Assembly (NCBI RefSeq): GCF_965240435.1
Contig: NZ_CBDEKO010000003.1
Length of the DNA: 64,000 nt
Origin: Moorena producens
Lineage (GTDB): Bacteria > Cyanobacteriota > Cyanobacteriia > Cyanobacteriales > Coleofasciculaceae
Reading direction: 5' to 3' (one strand)
Part shown: piece after piece, positions 56,104 to 64,000 of the stretch
Layout of the letters: the number at the start of each line of letters is the position of its first letter
How positions within the stretch are numbered: position 1 is the stretch's first letter
Notes under the pieces: model-generated
What the model was told of the DNA's origin: nothing
Database searches by the model: none
Seen by the model: the letters and a program-made list of their open reading frames with translations, nothing else
Position numbers and translations under genes: made by a program

Positions 56104-57603
56104 ATGGATAAAAATCCTATAAAAAATCAGGATATTATTCCAGATTTTAACCTTCACAACAAACAACTGGTTCAATCGGATCGGGATGGGTATCTGCCAG
56201 CAGTAACAGTGGCAGAATTAGTCTGTGGTGGGCAGGATAACCCAGATACCCCACTCATCCTCAAACAATTAGCTCAATCGGATCAGTATTGGGATGTACG
56301 ACAAGCAGCAGCCGAAGCATTAGCCCATGGTTGGAAAGATCATCCGGTTACCTTACCTTTACTCAAACAATTGGCTCAATCGGTTCAGAATGGGTATGTG
56401 CGACAGGTAGCAGTGCAAGAATTAGCTCGTGGTTGGAAGGGTGAACGTGATATCTTACTTATTCTTAAACAACGAGCTCAATCCGATCAGGATGCCGATG
56501 TGCGAATAGCAGCAGTTTCAGGATTAGTCGATGGTTGGCAAGATCATCCGGATACCTTACCCATTCTCAAACAACTGGCTCAATCTGACCACAATTCCGA
56601 TGTGCGACGAGTAGCAATGGCAAAATTAGTCCATGGTTGGAAAAATCACCACGATACCTTAGCTATTCTCAAACAACTGGCTCAATCAGATCAGTCTTGG
56701 CGTGTGCGACAAGCAGCAGTAACAGAATTAGTCCGTGGTTGGAAAAATGATCCAGATACCTTACCCATCCTCAAACAATTGGCTGAATCGGATCAGGATG
56801 CCGCTGTTCGACAAGCAGTAGCTGAAGCATTAGCTCGTGGTTGGAAAGATGATCCAGATACCTTACCCATCCTCAAACAATTGGCTGAATCGGATCAGGA
56901 TGCCGCTGTTCGACAAGCAGTAGCCGAAGCATTAGCTTCTAGTTGGCAAGATCATCATGATACGTTACCTATTCTCAAACAATTGGCTCAATCGGATCAG
57001 GATTTGGCTGTGCGACAAACAGCAGCCGAAGCATTACCTCGTAGTTGTAAAAATCACCCGGATACGTTACCTATTCTCAAACAATTGGCTCAATCGGATC
57101 GGAATGGATATGTGCGGCAAATAGCAGTGCAAGTATTAGCCCGTGGCTGGAAAGATGAACCGGATATCCTACTTTTTCTCAAACAACGGGCTAAATCAGA
57201 TCGGAATTTGGATGTGCGAATAGCAGTGCTGGAAGAATTAGTCCGTGGTTGGAAAGATCACCCAGACACTTTACATTTTCTCCAAGAACGAGCTGAATCA
57301 GATCCGCATTGGCGTGTGCGAGCAGCAGTTATGACAGAATTAATCTGTGGTTGGAAAAATCAACCTGGGATGTTTGAATTTTTGTGCGTTCGCGCTGTCA
57401 ATGATCCCTTTTATCGCAAGCAGCGCCGGGAAGAAAACCCTCGGCAAATTGCCCTGACAGCAATCATTGATGACTATCCAAACCATCCCCAAACTCTACT
57501 ACTATTGCGAGATAGAGCAAAGCATGACTCAGATCAGAAAGTGCAGAAGTTCGCTAAAGAAAAATTGGCAAGTATCCGTACCCTCCCAAACTACCAAAGT
57601 TGA
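56104..57603 (+). CDS. HEAT-repeat (PBS-lyase/E-Z type) protein with ~12 near-identical 39-aa repeats
   Basis: LPILKQLAQSDQD..VRQ.A.EAL..GWKDHPDT repeated with 117-nt periodicity; nucleotide repeats nearly identical. Confidence 0.85.
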   Translation: MDKNPIKNQDIIPDFNLHNKQLVQSDRDGYLPAVTVAELVCGGQDNPDTPLILKQLAQSDQYWDVRQAAAEALAHGWKDHPVTLPLLKQLAQSVQNGYVRQVAVQELARGWKGERDILLILKQRAQSDQDADVRIAAVSGLVDGWQDHPDTLPILKQLAQSDHNSDVRRVAMAKLVHGWKNHHDTLAILKQLAQSDQSWRVRQAAVTELVRGWKNDPDTLPILKQLAESDQDAAVRQAVAEALARGWKDDPDTLPILKQLAESDQDAAVRQAVAEALASSWQDHHDTLPILKQLAQSDQDLAVRQTAAEALPRSCKNHPDTLPILKQLAQSDRNGYVRQIAVQVLARGWKDEPDILLFLKQRAKSDRNLDVRIAVLEELVRGWKDHPDTLHFLQERAESDPHWRVRAAVMTELICGWKNQPGMFEFLCVRAVNDPFYRKQRREENPRQIALTAIIDDYPNHPQTLLLLRDRAKHDSDQKVQKFAKEKLASIRTLPNYQS

Positions 57604-57726
57604 CTTAAATTATAGCATTTATCAAATAGGTGAGGTATACCAATTTGGGATTTTATGGAATAGTGATGGCTCCCTACTCCCTACTCCCTACTCCCTACTC
57701 CCTTACTTGATCGTCAACCATCAACT

Positions 57727-58944
57727 CTAAACAATCTTTGGTTGTGGAATCGGAATAATAAATTTACCTCCTTGTTGTCGATACTCTTCCTGTTGCTGCA
57801 AAATTTCATCAGCAAAATTCCAAGCTAGCAGCAACACATAATCTGGTTTATCCTCTAACAGTTTTGATGGTGAAAAAATAGGTAAATGATTAATGCCCAT
57901 GTAGCGACCATGTTTGAATGGATTTAAATCCACAACATAATCCACCAGGGTTTTATTAATCCCAAAATAACTGAGCAGAGTAGTTGCTTTAGCTGCTGCT
58001 CCATAGGCTGCTACCTTTTTATCATGTTTCTTCAAATCCCAGAGGATATCCAGTAAAGAAAGCTTAATTTCCTGAACACGATTAGCAAAATTACGATAGT
58101 AATCAATGCGGTCAACTCCCCGCGCTACTTCTTCTGCTAATAGAGATTTTACGGATTCATTAACCTGTTCCTTAGGCTCCACAAATAGGCGTAACGAACC
58201 CCCATGGATTGGAGTACGTTGGATGTCATTTAGGAATAAACCATGTTTCCTAAACAACCGATCTAAAGCAGTTACTGAAAAATAGCATAAGTGCTGATGG
58301 TAGATAGTGTCAAATTCACAGTGATCTACCAAGTCAACCACATAGGGGACTTCAATCACAGCTACACCAGTCTCTTTCAGCAGAACGCCAATCCCTGCTA
58401 CAAAGCCATTCAGATCTGGCACATGAGCCAAGACATTGTTAGCAAGAAAAACATCAGCTTTCCGTCCTTCAGAGTGTAGCTCTATTGCCAAATCTTTTGT
58501 AAAGAATGTAGAAAGAGTAGGAATACCTGCTTTTTGGGCAGCTTCCGCAGGTCCAGAGGCTGGGTCAATTCCCAGCACTGGAATTCCTTTTTCAACAAAG
58601 TTCTTGAGCATATAGCCATCATTACTAGCTGCTTCAATCACTAGACTGTTGCTGTTGAGTTGTCTTGACTCAATGATGGCTTTGGCACTATCTCCAAAGT
58701 GTTTTAGCAACGATTTGGATACAGAAGAAAAATAGGGGTAGTCTCGACAAAATAGGATTTCGGGGGGGACACTTTCGGTGATTTGGACTAAACCACTGCT
58801 AGGAGAAAACGCCAGATCCAATGGAGCAGTATATTCAGGTTTATCTAGCTGGTCTTTAGTAAGTAATCCATCAGCTAATGGGGTATAACCGAAGGAAATA
58901 ATTAACTCTAAGTCATCAGTGCTGTTAGCACGGCAAATAGGCAT
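57727..58944 (-). CDS. SAM-dependent C-methyltransferase-like protein, paralog 3 of 3 (more divergent; Zn-ribbon degenerate)
   Basis: [13 protein letters not shown] (SAM motif), HQHLCYFS, C-terminal [16 protein letters not shown] Rossmann-like segment; same overall layout as the other two paralogs. Confidence 0.75.
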   Translation of the reverse strand: MPICRANSTDDLELIISFGYTPLADGLLTKDQLDKPEYTAPLDLAFSPSSGLVQITESVPPEILFCRDYPYFSSVSKSLLKHFGDSAKAIIESRQLNSNSLVIEAASNDGYMLKNFVEKGIPVLGIDPASGPAEAAQKAGIPTLSTFFTKDLAIELHSEGRKADVFLANNVLAHVPDLNGFVAGIGVLLKETGVAVIEVPYVVDLVDHCEFDTIYHQHLCYFSVTALDRLFRKHGLFLNDIQRTPIHGGSLRLFVEPKEQVNESVKSLLAEEVARGVDRIDYYRNFANRVQEIKLSLLDILWDLKKHDKKVAAYGAAAKATTLLSYFGINKTLVDYVVDLNPFKHGRYMGINHLPIFSPSKLLEDKPDYVLLLAWNFADEILQQQEEYRQQGGKFIIPIPQPKIV

Positions 58945-59127
58945 TTTAACTGGTTATATAAATTCTCATAAAAAGTGAGCGACATGGTTTTACCTTTTAA
59001 GGCAAAAGGCAATAGGCATGCTAGCAATAGGCATGCTAGCAATAGGCAATAGTAAAGATGGTTTTAATGGAATCAGCGTAAAAAAAAAATTTGACTTTTG
59101 GTAATTGGTAATTGGTAATTAGAGTAG

Positions 59128-59375
59128 GATTACCGTAAGCATTCAGCTAAAGGCCTTTGGCCACGCTACGCGAACAGCCGTCAGCCGTCAGCTTATTTTA
59201 TTCAAAAGCACCATTAGTAACGTACCCTATGGGCATAAACTGTTCCCATAGCGTAGCCACAGACCTTTAGCACCGATTGCACTACTAGATCGGTGCTTCG
59301 CGAACAGTAGCGCATTAGCTGATAGCTGATAGCTGACGGCTGAATGCTTACGGATTACGGATTACCGATTACCAA
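59128..59375. mobile_element. MITE with CCGTAAGCATTCAGC terminal inverted repeats, internal (CAGCCGT)/(GCTGATA) arrays and GGCCACGCTACGCGAAC motif copies
   Basis: ggattaccgtaagcattcagctaaaggcctttggccacgctacgcgaacagccgtcagccgtcagc ... gctgatagctgatagctgacggctgaatgcttacggattacgg. Confidence 0.6.
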
Positions 59376-59389
59376 TGACCCAACAACTC

Positions 59390-60454
59390 CTAAACACTCA
59401 TAGCTTGTATTTTAGGAGATGTAGGTAGCTGGGTACGCCAACGCAGGGTTTGATCTAATCTGCTAGTGCTAAGTAATTGTTTGATGTGAGCAATACGCTG
59501 ATACCTCGGTCCCTCAAACTCTTCCAAGGTTAAGCCTACAGTTTGATAAGCCTGGTAGAGTTCTTGAGCTCCCCGACGGGCATTCCATTGAGGTTTGAAT
59601 TCGGGTAATGTCTGAATGATCCTACTACAATCAACGCGATAACAGCGCTTATCGGGTCCAGCATCTTTAGCGTATTCAATTTCACAGCCTGGAACTGTTT
59701 CTTTGACAATTTCGGCTAACTCTCGAATGCGATAGTTGTCCTCATTGCGTCCCACATTAAACGCTTGATTGTGTACCACCTCACGAGGTGCCTCCAACAC
59801 CGCAATAAAGGCTTGGGAAATATCTTCAATATGGACAATGGGACGCCAAGGGGTACCATCACTCTTGATATACACTTGACCGGTGGTAAATGCCCAAGCG
59901 ACCAAGTTATTGAGTACTAGATCAAAGCGCAAACGCGGCGAAACACCGTAAGCCGTAGCATTCCGCAGAAAGGTAGGACTAAAGTTATCGTCCGCTAACT
60001 GAGTAACATCTTGCTCGACACGAACTTTAGAAATGCCGTAAGGAGTGACAGGGTTGAAGGATGATTCCTCAGTCAACCAGTCATCACCACCAGCACCATA
60101 GTTACTACAGGACGATGAGAATACGAAGCGCTCGATGCCTGCGGCTTTGGCTAACTTAGCCAAATGAACTGAAGCAGCATGATTGATCTCATAGGTTAAG
60201 TCAGGATTTAGATTCCCCAGAGGATCGTTGGAAAGCCCTGCTAAGTGGATTAGAGCATCAAATCCTTCTAGTTCTGTTGCCGTAACGTCACGGATATCCT
60301 TTTTTAGCTCTGGAATTTTTCGAATTCCTTCACCAAAAGTACTCTTTTCAAATAAGTCGCTATCAAGACCAAATACATCATACCCTTGAGCTAGTAGCAT
60401 TGGCACCATGACTGTGCCGATGTAGCCCTTGTGACCAGTTACTAATACTCGCAT
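59390..60454 (-). CDS. NAD-dependent epimerase/dehydratase family protein (possible NDP-sugar 4,6-dehydratase/epimerase); start set at MRVLVTG
   Basis: MRVLVTGHKGYIGTVMVPMLLAQGYDV Rossmann GxxGxxG and short-chain dehydrogenase/epimerase fold length. The ORF upstream of that Met overlaps rfbF by ~76 nt. Confidence 0.8.
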   Translation of the reverse strand: MRVLVTGHKGYIGTVMVPMLLAQGYDVFGLDSDLFEKSTFGEGIRKIPELKKDIRDVTATELEGFDALIHLAGLSNDPLGNLNPDLTYEINHAASVHLAKLAKAAGIERFVFSSSCSNYGAGGDDWLTEESSFNPVTPYGISKVRVEQDVTQLADDNFSPTFLRNATAYGVSPRLRFDLVLNNLVAWAFTTGQVYIKSDGTPWRPIVHIEDISQAFIAVLEAPREVVHNQAFNVGRNEDNYRIRELAEIVKETVPGCEIEYAKDAGPDKRCYRVDCSRIIQTLPEFKPQWNARRGAQELYQAYQTVGLTLEEFEGPRYQRIAHIKQLLSTSRLDQTLRWRTQLPTSPKIQAMSV

Positions 60455-61229
60455 TATTTTCCTCCCAAATTTTCCAAGGTGCATTGCCACTGTTCCACAG
60501 ACTTTCTAACCTGCGCTTGTCGCGCAAGGTATCCATGCATTGCCAGAATGAAGTGTGGTGATAGGCCATCAGTTGCCCATCTTTGGCAAGTCGCTCCAGT
60601 GGTGCTTTTTCCCACTGGGTGTCATCGCCATCGATATAGTCAAAAACTCCGGGTTCTAAAACAAAGAAAGCACCGTTGATCCAGCCTTCTCTGGTTTGAG
60701 GCTTTTCAGAGAATTCCGTAATCTGGTTTCCATCTAGGTCTAAGTAACCAAACCGTGCAGGTGGACGTACTGCAGTTAAGGTAGCTAATTTGCCATGGGA
60801 GCGATGGAATTCCAGGAGCGCATTTAAATTGACATCAGAAACTCCATCTCCCCAAGTGAGCATAAATGTCTGATTGCCTACGTAGGGAGCGAGCCGTTTA
60901 ATCCGACCCCCTGTATTGGTGTAAATACCAGTATCAATTAAATCAACTGTCCAATCCGGTGCTACACCACCGTGCTGGATGACGTTGCCATTGTTAAGGT
61001 TGACTGTTAAGTTACTATTAAGTGAACTATAGTCCACCATGTATTTTTTAATAACTTCTGCCTTATAACCTAGGGCAATCACAAAATCTTGGAAGCCATA
61101 ATGGTAATAATGCATCATGATATGCCAGAGGATTGGTCGCCCTCCGATTGCTACCATTGGCTTTGGTTTTGTGTCAGTTTCTTCCGCTAGACGAGTACCG
61201 AGCCCCCCGGCAAGAATTGCTACTTTCAT
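60378..61229 (-). CDS. rfbF: Glucose-1-phosphate cytidylyltransferase
   Basis: MKVAILAGGLGTRLAEETDTKPKPMVAIGGRPILWHIMMHYYHYGFQDFVIALGYKAEVIKKY is characteristic of RfbF/DdhA; short C-terminal extension relative to typical length. Confidence 0.85.
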   Translation of the reverse strand: MKVAILAGGLGTRLAEETDTKPKPMVAIGGRPILWHIMMHYYHYGFQDFVIALGYKAEVIKKYMVDYSSLNSNLTVNLNNGNVIQHGGVAPDWTVDLIDTGIYTNTGGRIKRLAPYVGNQTFMLTWGDGVSDVNLNALLEFHRSHGKLATLTAVRPPARFGYLDLDGNQITEFSEKPQTREGWINGAFFVLEPGVFDYIDGDDTQWEKAPLERLAKDGQLMAYHHTSFWQCMDTLRDKRRLESLWNSGNAPWKIWEENNASISNWSQGLHRHSHGANATSSRV

Positions 61230-62537
61230 ATGACTGTTGAGACCAAAATCACTAACAACAAAATTACTAACAGGTTTTACTTAAACTCAATCATATATTT
61301 ATGAATTAAGTCATCAATAAACCTATCGATGCATCCTATCAAATTCGGTGGACTAATAATCATAATTCCTGAACGGGTAATTGGTAATTGGTAATTGGTA
61401 ATTAGTAATTGTTAGTTGGTAGTTAGTAATTAGTAATTGCTAGTTGATGATGAATCATCACCCATTACGCATTACCAAAAATTCAGGAATTATTGGCAAA
61501 GTAATTAACCGGACTTGATATCATTCAGTATTTTCAATTAAACCCAAGTTGTACTTAGATCTGTTGCCAGATTGGCTTGAATTAAATTTAACAAAAATTA
61601 ATTAATTAAATATTAAATATTGTGATTTTTTTGACATAAAGTGGTAGTCGAACAATGCTAAAAACACGATTAACTAAGAACTGCTACCAATGGATGATCA
61701 GTAAAGGTTTGGCAAGACTGATTCACAATATGTTACTTTTTATACATATAACGCATAAATATCAATCCCAAAGACTTAAAAATCTAGTAGGGATTCCTCT
61801 GCACCTAGCCAAGCTCATGCTCTTCTCCCTAAGCCTGTGCAGCCTACTATTGGTGATCGGGCTTACCTGCTAGCTTTTCCAGCTTGGTCAGTTCTTCAGT
61901 AGCAGCGAATCCCCTCTATCCTTTGGATGCGAACATGGTCAATGTGTGGGATTAGGGTGCCAAAGGTGATGGTATGACCGATGACACAGTTGCCATTCGC
62001 CTAGCAGTTCAGGATAATCTCACGAAACATTACACCCTGTTCCAACAGGAACCTATTTGGTTAGTGATTCAATTGAGTCGAAGAATCAGAAGGGTATGTT
62101 TGGGGCATTTCTGACTTGGCAAGGTTAAGGCACTGACAACACTATGAGCAAGCTTCAGGAGAAAGCCAAAGGTTTTGGTAATCGTGAGCAGCCCTGCGAA
62201 TCGGCTTAGAATGGTTGTATAGGATAGTTCAAGAGCCAAGTAGACTCTCAAACCGCTACTACAGTAGCATCCCACCTTTTATCTATCTGTCTTTAAAGCA
62301 ACTGTTTTTAGAGAGTTTGTTAATAAAAATAATAGAAAAAAGTTAGCTAATAAATTAGTAAAAAACTAAAACTAAAGCTGGATAAAAACAGTAAAAAAAT
62401 CGATTGTTATGTGTTATTGTTGAGGTGTTTGCGGTTTCAATAAACCCTAGGTAATTATAAGCACTTAGCCCAGGTTATAGCAACTTTCAGGCTTGATGAA
62501 GTAAACTCGTCCTCAATGACTTACTCACACACAGTCA

Positions 62538-63632
62538 ATGAACATAATCACTCTCATTTTATTTATAGCTGGCTTTGTACTTTTGGTTTTTGGGGCGGAA
62601 ATCTTGGTCAAGGGCGCATCACAGTTGGCGTTGGTAGCAGGTGTCTCCCCCTTAGTGATTGGGCTGACTATAGTCGCTTACTGCACCAGTGCCCCAGAAT
62701 TAGCCGTAGCATTGCAGTCGAGTTATGACGGACAAGCGGATATTGCCCTTGGTAACATTGTTGGCAGCAACATTGCCAATATTTTGCTAATCTTGGGAAT
62801 ATCGGCAACTATGTTACCTTTGGTTGTATCCCGGCAGTTGGTGCGATTAGATGTACCTTTGATGATTGGCATATCATTCCTACTCTTGTTTATGAGCTTG
62901 GATGGCCAACTGGGTAGAGTCGATGGCAGCATCCTGTTGGCTGGCGCGATCGCATATACTTTATTCACCATTATTCAGAGTCGCAAGGAAAATCAGAAAA
63001 TCCGAGACCAGGATACCCCTCAAACCAAATCTCGCCAGTCTCGTACTAGCCTTAAAAAGATAGTTACTCAGTTAGGGCTGATTGTTTTCGGCTTAGGAAT
63101 GTTAGTACTAGGTTCCCGCTGGCTGATTAATGGGGCTATTGCTCTCGCCAAGATGTTTGGCTGGAGCGAGTTGATTATTGGCTTAACCATTATCGCTGTT
63201 GGCACCTCTCTTCCAGAAATTGCCACCTCCATTATTGCCAGTGTCCGTGGTGAGCGAGATCTTGCCGTAGGTAACGCTATTGGCAGCAATATTTTTAATA
63301 TCCTGTTGGTGCTGGGGATGTGTAGCTTGATTGTGCCTGATGGTATACAGGTGTCAACTCCTGCCCTAAACTTCGACATTCCAGTAATGATTGCAGTAGC
63401 GGTGGCTTGTCTGCCAATTTTCTTTACTGGCTATCAAATTTCCCGGTGGGAGGGATTTCTCTTTTTAAGCTATTACGGTGCCTATACCTTGTATTTATTC
63501 CTGAACGCCACACAACACCAAGCTTTAGCAGGGTTTAGTAATATCATGATGACATTTGTCGTACCTCTAACGATAGTTACCCTAGTCATTTTGGTGATGG
63601 GCAGTATACGGACTACAATCAAGTCTGGTTAA
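62538..63632 (+). CDS. Calcium/sodium (cation) antiporter, CaCA family
   Basis: Two alpha-repeat regions GNIVGSNIANILLILG and GNAIGSNIFNILLVLG; ~10 TM helices. Confidence 0.85.
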   Translation: MNIITLILFIAGFVLLVFGAEILVKGASQLALVAGVSPLVIGLTIVAYCTSAPELAVALQSSYDGQADIALGNIVGSNIANILLILGISATMLPLVVSRQLVRLDVPLMIGISFLLLFMSLDGQLGRVDGSILLAGAIAYTLFTIIQSRKENQKIRDQDTPQTKSRQSRTSLKKIVTQLGLIVFGLGMLVLGSRWLINGAIALAKMFGWSELIIGLTIIAVGTSLPEIATSIIASVRGERDLAVGNAIGSNIFNILLVLGMCSLIVPDGIQVSTPALNFDIPVMIAVAVACLPIFFTGYQISRWEGFLFLSYYGAYTLYLFLNATQHQALAGFSNIMMTFVVPLTIVTLVILVMGSIRTTIKSG

Positions 63633-63691
63633 ATCATTGTCTTAAATAATTGCTGAATTGCTCAATCGGAACAATTCAGCAATTGTATTTG

Positions 63692-64000
63692 TTAATTCTT
63701 GATTGAGGTAGTGCTAAGCTCAATTTGTCGAGCAGCTACCATGTATCTAAAAATATAATCAGCTAACTCCAAGTAGATCTGGGCACGTTCAGTGGAAGAC
63801 GCCCAAACCGTTATACCGTGGTTCCGAATTAATAGGATATTGACTGATGGCGGTGCAGCCTGAAAGCGATCGCATATCTCACTACTAATGCGAGACACAT
63901 CTAGATGGTTGACGAATACTGGTACCGTGACTTGAGGGTTCTCCTCCCGTACTCCAAATCCCTTAAGCATTTCTAGCGGTGGCAAAGGCAGGGTATCTTC
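63692..64000 (-). CDS. Class II aldolase/adducin-domain protein, C-terminal part only (N-terminus beyond the window edge)
   Basis: NHGITVWASSTERAQIYLELADYIF resembles the conserved C-terminal region of class II aldolases (fuculose-phosphate aldolase/MtnB-like). The frame stays open to the window edge. Confidence 0.45.
   Translation of the reverse strand, partial: EDTLPLPPLEMLKGFGVREENPQVTVPVFVNHLDVSRISSEICDRFQAAPPSVNILLIRNHGITVWASSTERAQIYLELADYIFRYMVAARQIELSTTSIKN

Noticed and set aside
61655-62728. Small ORFs 61655-61873, 62069-62275, 62516-62728 in the AT-rich gap before the antiporter gene
   Set aside because: No motifs, low-complexity/AT-rich context; 62516-62728 is an alternative frame overlapping the antiporter start region.

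Overview
This 64-kb window looks like a filamentous-cyanobacterium genome. GCGATCGC (HIP1) octamers recur throughout, dozens of tandem heptanucleotide (STRR-like) arrays sit in intergenic DNA, and several MITE families carry those arrays. I could not recognise any rRNA, tRNA or CRISPR array.

The window has three parts.

1. Accessory conflict-system island (1-22.6 kb).
- Five paralogous proteins end in a formylglycine-generating-enzyme/sulfatase-modifying (FGE-sulfatase, 'FGS') domain. Their N-terminal modules differ: a CHAT caspase-like protease, a ~110-aa helical EAD-like domain (two tandem paralogs), and helical/TPR-like repeats.
- They sit with a MoxR-type AAA+ ATPase, a classical tandem-AAA ATPase, a putative degenerate vWA protein and several large proteins of unknown function.
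- The island is interrupted by a tnpB-only IS200/IS605 element and by a MITE-split fragment of an FtsK-like gene. It ends at an AmmeMemoRadiSam-type radical SAM gene.

2. Candidate new defense/conflict operon (23.2-29.6 kb, minus strand).
- Three co-directional genes: a 303-aa unknown, a ~700-aa STAND-like P-loop NTPase, and a 942-aa fusion protein.
- The fusion carries a DEDDy 3'-5' exonuclease, a RecB/Cas4-like PD-(D/E)xK nuclease (DYKT motif) and an FtsK/HerA-type ATPase.
- I cannot match this trio to any named system.

3. Mostly housekeeping genes (30-64 kb).
- A NarL-type two-component pair (sensor histidine kinase plus LuxR-family response regulator), an LTXXQ periplasmic protein, and an IscB (RRXRR/HNH/RuvC) gene with an upstream HTH ORF.
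- A long pentapeptide-repeat protein, an MraY/WecA-type GT4 and a long-form CbiX.
- A Crp-like gene truncated by a composite repeat insertion, an esterase, a beta-helix surface protein and thiE-thiS.
- A deoxysugar/polysaccharide cluster: three paralogous Zn-ribbon SAM C-methyltransferases, an LhgO-like FAD oxidase, a GT2, a HEAT-repeat protein, an epimerase/dehydratase and rfbF.
- A CaCA antiporter and a partial class II aldolase at the right edge.
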